Source: Callorhinchus milii (taxonomy: Eukaryota). From it: a stretch of 64,000 nucleotides of DNA. Where the stretch lies: contig NW_024704743.1 in NCBI RefSeq assembly GCF_018977255.1, positions 18,354,001 to 18,418,000 of the forward strand, read 5' to 3'. This document shows, one piece after another, positions 60,201 to 64,000 of this stretch (positions within the stretch are counted from its first letter, which is position 1; every line of letters begins with the position of its first letter). The notes below the pieces were generated by a model. That model saw only the letters and a program-made list of their open reading frames with translations. It was not told where the DNA came from and did no database searches. A program made the position numbers and the translations under genes.

Positions 60201-62742
60201 CATTTGATATAGTTTTCATGTTGGGAGGACATTCCAAACTGCTTCACAGGATTTACTGCAAAGTGTAGTGACTGTGGATTTTATAGTTGAATGCGGCAGC
60301 CAATTTGTGCACCCCAATGTCCGACAAGTAGACACAAAGTGAGTGACCAATCATATTTTGGGGGAATTATTAGCCAGGGCACCAGAAAATACTCCCTTCT
60401 CTTTTCAAATAGTGTTATGCAATCTTTATAAAGTCCACCAACATAAGGAATTAAGATGCGTCGTCATGAAGATTGGGAATTAGCCTTTTCAAATTTTAAC
60501 TGGCTGAGCACTACACTGAAGGTCAGCATAGCCTCTGTTTCTGCAAATATAAATCCACAGTTCTAAGGTGCCAGACTTTCTATTTCAAAGCACAAACGTT
60601 GGACAAGCAGATCTGTGTGTTAACTCTATAACTGTTCTGCTCCATGCAATTAGCGGTCTCGTTTCACCCACAAAATGACAGTTAATTCACTTTACAAATA
60701 TTTTAGCAACAAAATTACATTTGTAAAGCGCCTTTCACGTCGGGAGGCCGTCCGTCCAAAGGCGCTGAACAGTCGGAGATTAGGACCTGAGCATGGGGGG
60801 GCAGGGTTGGGGTGAGGGAGTGCATAGAGGTAGGAGGGCGGCTGAAGGCACGGTCGAAAAGGATGGTCTTGAGTTGTGCCTTGAAGGGGGCAAGACGAGG
60901 GAGCAAGGGGATGGGATTGTGGGATGGAGTTACAGAGGGTGGGCCGAGAGGCTGTAGAGGGTTGTCCTCAGGGAGAGGTTTCCTAACATTCCTAATATTG
61001 ATTAACTAGCAGTTCGCCACAAATGTTTAATTGCTGAAATAGGATGGAAAAGAAAACAATTGTAGCACTTCTTCAGAAACCTGAGAATGGAATCTGGCAG
61101 GAAAACAGTCTAAATTTCCAGTTGGTAAGTTTGTATTGTGTAAGGATGCCAAGAGGTGATAAAAGGCTGCTTTTAAGTTTAACATTGCATCTGAAAATTT
61201 ACATAAAAGTTGTTCGCAGAAAAGCTTCGAACAGCTGGAAGACTGCTTTGCTGTTTCTCACATAAATAAAAACATGAAAGAACAGGCATGTCGTAATAGA
61301 GTGCTTTAGATCCTTTTTATTTTCGTCACCAAATAAAAGTAAACTTAACGAAACAGAACATTGTATCTTCAGCTAAGTGCTGCAGCACGTTTCAGGTATT
61401 ATAAAATTTGTACAATCTACCGATACAGAATTCCACAGCAAATTATAATGCTGTTAGACCCTAATTTTTATGAAATTCTGCCAAGCATATACATTAGGAA
61501 TCTAAATTGAACATTATTTGGCCCCACAATGCAGGTTGTCTGCTCATCTCATCCTTCTTCATGGAACATCACTATGTGTTGGTCTATACACAACATTCAC
61601 AAAGCTGCCAACAATTTCCCCAGATCAGCACTTGGTCAACGTTCACAGTTTCGACATAACGTTTCTCAGCTGCCATCTGAGAATCCGAGCCATTGCTCGG
61701 GCTCGGCTGTTTGGTGAGGTTTTTTATTTGGTCCACCCGGTATCTGACCCAAGTAGAAATCCATTCTCATGTATAAGATTATCCAAACCAGATGGAGAGT
61801 TCCATATTTAGCACCGAACGTTGCCATTTTTTTTGGTCTGGAACGGAATGCGTACTTTCTCCTCGGAGGGCGCAAAGCAACCCTTTTACCTAATTTTGGA
61901 GAGTCTGAAGACACGAGTTGTGTCATGCTCCGGGCGTGGGAGGCGGGAGGCGGACACGGTCTGCTTGTGAACCCGACCGGGGGGGCGGGTGGGGGGGGAG
62001 AGCCCGGGGGGGGGGGAGCCGGGGGGGGGGAGAGCCCGGGGTGGGGGGGGAGCCTGGGGGGGGATGGGGGAGTGCCGAGGGGGGGGATGGGGGAGAGCCG
62101 GGGGGGGGGGGGAGAGCCCGGGGTGGGGGGGGGGGGGAGAGCCCGGGGTGGGGGGGGGGGGGAGAGCCCGGGGTGGGGGGGGGGGGGGGGGAGAGCCCGG
62201 GGGGGGGGGGGGGGGGGAGAGCCCGGGGGGGGGGGGAGAGCCCGGGGTGGGGGGGGGGGGAGCCCGGGGTGGGGGGGGGGGGAGAGCCCGGGTGGGGGGG
62301 GGGGAGAGCCCGGGGGGGGGGGGAGAGCCCGGGGTGGGGGGGATGGGGGGAGAGCCGGTGTGGGTGGGGGAGAGAGAGCCTGGGGGTGGGGGGGGTAATG
62401 CTGGAGTGTAACCAGGTTAAGCCCACACGGTGTGTGAGTGACATGATGGCCGGGCTGGGCCGGGTTGCCCCGGGGCTGGGCCGGGGCCGGGCAGGGCTGG
62501 GCTGGGCCGCCCCGGGGCTGGGCCGGGTTGCCCCGGGGCCGGGCTGAGTTGCCCCGGGGCCGGGCAGGGCTTTGGTTGGAGGGTTATCAGGGGCTGAGCG
62601 GGAGGATTCCCGGCCTCTCGCCTCTCGGCCCCACGTTACCTCTGAGCGCCCAGTGCATCCCCCCGATACCGCTGTACAGCTCCAGCACCCGCGGCCCCGG
62701 CCCCGGCCTCGGCCTCGGCTCCCCCCGAGCGGCGGCCTCCAT
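25874..62742 (-). CDS. TRDMT1: tRNA aspartic acid methyltransferase 1 (DNMT2), complete 11-exon CDS, 411 aa
   Basis: join of 62640-62742, 56431-56540, 47728-47804, 43585-43656, 42288-42353, 41243-41312, 39067-39150, 36181-36545, 35571-35628, 33426-33555, 25874-25974 = 1236 nt, open frame. Motifs: LELYSGIGG (I), SPPCQPF (IV), LLENV (VI), SRLRYF (VIII), DNMT2-specific [15 protein letters not shown] (IX), LLGNSL (X). Confidence 0.97.
27040..27410 (-). mobile_element. Deu-domain SINE
   Basis: Colinear with 12470-12783 and 59318-59775. Confidence 0.72.
29985..31455 (-). mobile_element. L2-clade LINE with nested SINE and internal deletions
   Basis: [28 protein letters not shown] and [10 protein letters not shown] motifs; intact 3' tail at 29985-30060. 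Confidence 0.9.
30241..30598 (-). mobile_element. Full-length tRNA-Ala(TGC)-derived SINE with (ATT)~17 tail, nested in L2
   Basis: Head GGAGTCCTGTAGCTCAGTGGTTAGAGCACTCGC-TTTGCAA-GCGAG..GTTCAATTCC (A box, anticodon arm, B box); L2-type 3' end. Confidence 0.9.
31594..31798. mobile_element. hAT (Charlie-like) non-autonomous DNA transposon remnant
   Basis: Repeated GCGGGCCG subterminal motifs; end CAGTTGGACCACCCTG. Confidence 0.5.
33426..33555 (-). CDS. TRDMT1: TRDMT1 exon 10
   Basis: 130 nt; [55 protein letters not shown]. Confidence 0.95.
33680..34240 (-). mobile_element. L2-clade LINE 3' fragment
   Basis: [12 protein letters not shown] / FKS..KT.F C-terminus and family tail. Confidence 0.8.
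35571..35628 (-). CDS. TRDMT1: TRDMT1 exon 9
   Basis: 58 nt; [31 protein letters not shown]. Confidence 0.95.
36181..36545 (-). CDS. TRDMT1: TRDMT1 exon 8 (variable region + CFT motif)
   Basis: 365 nt; ATGCAG| ILEGFP...LIYKLET...[21 protein letters not shown](G) |GTAAGA. Confidence 0.95.
36905..37200 (+). mobile_element. LF-SINE-like fragment
   Basis: CTGACACTCACTG..CACACGTGAACAATGACCACTTGGG..GAGGGC..CCATGGAA..CCCCAG resembles the LF-SINE 3' region as I recall it; a related minus-strand copy lies at 48330-48620. Confidence 0.55.
39067..39150 (-). CDS. TRDMT1: TRDMT1 exon 7
   Basis: 84 nt; [40 protein letters not shown]. Confidence 0.95.
39808..40113 (+). mobile_element. Full-length tRNA-Ala-head SINE (short variant)
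   Basis: Near-identical to the reverse complement of 30241-30598. Confidence 0.9.
41243..41312 (-). CDS. TRDMT1: TRDMT1 exon 6
   Basis: 70 nt; [35 protein letters not shown]. Confidence 0.95.
42288..42353 (-). CDS. TRDMT1: TRDMT1 exon 5 (ENV motif)
   Basis: 66 nt; [27 protein letters not shown](R) |GTATGT. Confidence 0.95.
43585..43656 (-). CDS. TRDMT1: TRDMT1 exon 4
   Basis: 72 nt; [29 protein letters not shown](R) |GTTTGT. Confidence 0.95.
43960..44536 (+). mobile_element. L2-clade LINE 3' fragment
   Basis: [11 protein letters not shown] and [10 protein letters not shown] motifs; (TTG)n tail. Confidence 0.85.
47728..47804 (-). CDS. TRDMT1: TRDMT1 exon 3 (catalytic PCQ)
   Basis: 77 nt; [31 protein letters not shown](R) |GTGCTG. 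Confidence 0.96.
48650..49000 (-). mobile_element. tRNA-head SINE (long variant), diverged
   Basis: Colinear with 50933-51297. Confidence 0.7.
50933..51297 (+). mobile_element. Full-length tRNA-head SINE (long variant)
   Basis: Same head and tail as 39808-40113, plus a ~65-nt internal segment CTCTGTTTACCTAGCAG... Confidence 0.88.
51625..51897 (-). mobile_element. tRNA-head SINE (short variant), 5' end missing
   Basis: Sequence runs from the B box to the (ATT) tail; inverted relative to 50420-50650 and 50933-51297. Confidence 0.85.
55515..55705 (+). mobile_element. Unclassified dispersed repeat, 3' two-thirds copy
   Basis: AGGTAAGCAG..TTGGTTTGGATACTCTTAAGCATGGTGATGG..CTGATCAAAAAAA. Confidence 0.7.
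56431..56540 (-). CDS. TRDMT1: TRDMT1 exon 2
   Basis: 110 nt; TTGCAG| (E)[42 protein letters not shown]. Confidence 0.96.
57320..57620 (-). mobile_element. tRNA-head SINE (long variant), adjoining an L2 3' fragment (56935-57310)
   Basis: Colinear with 50933-51297. Confidence 0.8.
59002..59181. repeat. Long inverted repeat (~85-bp arms, 11-nt loop)
   Basis: GAATGTTCC..GACTCGGTCTA / TAGACCGAGTC..GGAACATTC; the inner 25 bp are perfectly complementary. Confidence 0.92.
59318..59775 (+). mobile_element. Full-length Deu-domain SINE
   Basis: tRNA-like head (TAGCTCAATTG..GGTTCAATCCC), Deu-like core, L2-type tail and (ATT)n. Confidence 0.8.
60707..60950 (-). mobile_element. L2-clade LINE 3' end
   Basis: [14 protein letters not shown] and family tail. 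Confidence 0.8.
61980..62395 (+). repeat. G-rich tandem repeat (G)n-AGAGCCCGGGG(T)
   Basis: Roughly 17 imperfect units with variable poly-G runs, in TRDMT1 intron 1. Confidence 0.9.
62449..62570 (+). repeat. GC-rich tandem repeat GGGCTGGGCCGGGTTGCCCC-like
   Basis: Several imperfect ~20-nt units just inside intron 1. Confidence 0.75.
62640..62742 (-). CDS. TRDMT1: TRDMT1 exon 1
   Basis: [34 protein letters not shown](E) |GTAACG; lies in the CpG island. Confidence 0.9.
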
Positions 62743-62749
62743 CTGCGGC

Positions 62750-62882
62750 TCCGGCTGTGCCCGAGCGGCGGGACCCGGGTCTCGGCTGTGCCCGAGCGGC
62801 GGGGCCCGGGTCTCGGCTGTGCCCGAGCGGCGGGGCCCGGGTCTCGGCTGTGCCCGAGCGGCGGGGCCCGGGTCTCGGCTGT
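62750..62882 (+). repeat. 31-bp minisatellite CTCGGCTGTGCCCGAGCGGCGGGGCCCGGGT x4.3
   Basis: Near-perfect units starting at 62750, 62781, 62812 and 62843, with a partial unit at 62874. Confidence 0.93.
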
Positions 62883-62959
62883 TTCTCGGGGCCTCAGTCC
62901 CGCCACCTCCGGCAGCCGCGACCTCCCGTCACACCTCGTCACTGACCCAGTCACGTCAT

Positions 62960-63735
62960 CACACCTTATATACACCCTATAGCTGTACACCCTATAGATA
63001 TACACCTCATACATATGCATTCTATGGGTATACACCTTGTAGATATACATCCTATATAGGTCTTGTGGGTGTAAAGCCCATAGATATACCCCCTATAGGT
63101 ATGTACCCTGTAGATACACACCCTATAGATATGTGTCCTGTACATATAGGTCCTGTGGGTGTAGCGTCTATACATATACACCCCATAGATGCACATCCTA
63201 TAGATATACACCCTGTACACATACGCTCCATAGATATACACCCTATAGATATACACCCTATGCACATACGCTCCATAGATATACACCCTATAGATGTACG
63301 CCGTATAGATATGTCGTCTATGCAGATATACGCTACAGATATACACCCTATATGGATATACACCATATAGATATACACATTATAGAGCCATATAAATATA
63401 CGCTGAATAGATATACATCCTACAGATATACACACTATAGATATACACCATATGGATACACACACTACATATTTGCACACCATATGGATATACATACTGT
63501 AGATATACACACCATATACAACAACAACAACAAAATTACATTTATAGAGCACCTTTCACGTCGGGAGGATGTCCCAAAGCGCTGAACAGTCAGGTGTCGG
63601 GGCCCGAGCATGGGGGAGGGGTGGTGTAGGTCTTGATACCGGCCTTGAAGGAGGCAAGGGATATACTCAGATCCATATAGATATTATACACACTTGTGCA
63701 CCATATAGATATATACAGACCCATGCACCATATAA
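62960..63735 (+). repeat. Degenerate 15-bp satellite (ATAGATATACACCCT)n, interrupted by an L2 3' end
   Basis: 15-nt periodicity from 62960 to 63518, resuming at 63661-63735. Confidence 0.88.
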
Positions 63736-64000
63736 TAATCCTAGCATTTGATATAGCGTCTTATCACATCGTTGAGACGTCTCAAAGCGCTTCACAGAAT
63801 ATACTGTAAAGTGGAGTGACTATATTTTGTGGGCAAAACGCAGCAGCCAATTGCACACAGCAGTGTCCCACAAGCAGTCGTGGATTGAGTGACCACATTT
63901 TTTNGAAGGGATGGACTATTACCACCAGAAAGTGATCCACCAATCGACTAACAAGCGAGTTCCTACTTACTGCAAAGTAAACGCGTGTGTGTGGAGTAAA
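63730..64000 (-). mobile_element. tRNA-head SINE (long variant), cut by the window edge
   Basis: Colinear with 57320-57620. Confidence 0.8.

Larger units (their letters stand above)
61920..62960 (-). promoter_or_regulatory. CpG island / TRDMT1 promoter and first exon
   Basis: Very GC- and CpG-rich block around exon 1 in an otherwise AT-rich window; CRE/ATF-like TGACGTGA (minus, 62951-62958) at its upstream edge. Confidence 0.8.

Noticed and set aside
25874..62742. Methyltransferase as part of a restriction-modification or defence system
   Set aside because: It is the intron-containing eukaryotic DNMT2 orthologue with the CFT motif, a tRNA methyltransferase; no partner nuclease is present
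62750..62882. 31-bp repeats as a CRISPR array
   Set aside because: Units are head-to-tail with no unique spacers, there are no cas genes, and the context is vertebrate
61769..63370. Long Gly/Pro-rich ORFs (209-375 aa) on both strands
   Set aside because: Products of stop-poor GC-rich tandem repeats; only 62640-62742 has DNMT2 homology and a splice donor
62966..63585. Tyr/Ile/His-rich repetitive ORFs
   Set aside because: Translations of the 15-bp satellite

Overview
Eukaryotic (vertebrate) genomic DNA, not prokaryotic. The repeat content (Deu-domain SINEs, LF-SINE-like fragments, L2 and CR1 LINEs) suggests a cartilaginous fish, possibly a chimaera; this is inference. The window holds two spliced genes in tandem on the minus strand, in the same order as human 10p13. 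(1) A complete 11-exon TRDMT1/DNMT2 tRNA C38 methyltransferase gene: CDS 62742->25874, 1236 nt, 411 aa, with all catalytic motifs intact. (2) The first 12 coding exons of cubilin, CUBN (21234->892): signal peptide, propeptide, amnionless-binding/coiled-coil region and the EGF repeats; the gene runs off the left edge. All exon borders were read by hand and are GT-AG. Most ORFs in the supplied track are repeat-derived or spurious. Most notable observations: a 1-nt frameshift in CUBN exon 9 (assembly error or real lesion); a 180-bp branched inverted repeat in TRDMT1 intron 1; an unclassified ~260-bp repeat family whose copies all lie antisense to the genes and mostly carry a splice-donor motif; a TRDMT1 start region built from a 31-bp minisatellite and flanked by a G-rich array and a 15-mer satellite; modular SINE families; and microhomology-bounded deletions in L2 copies. 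I found no convincing new multi-gene system.
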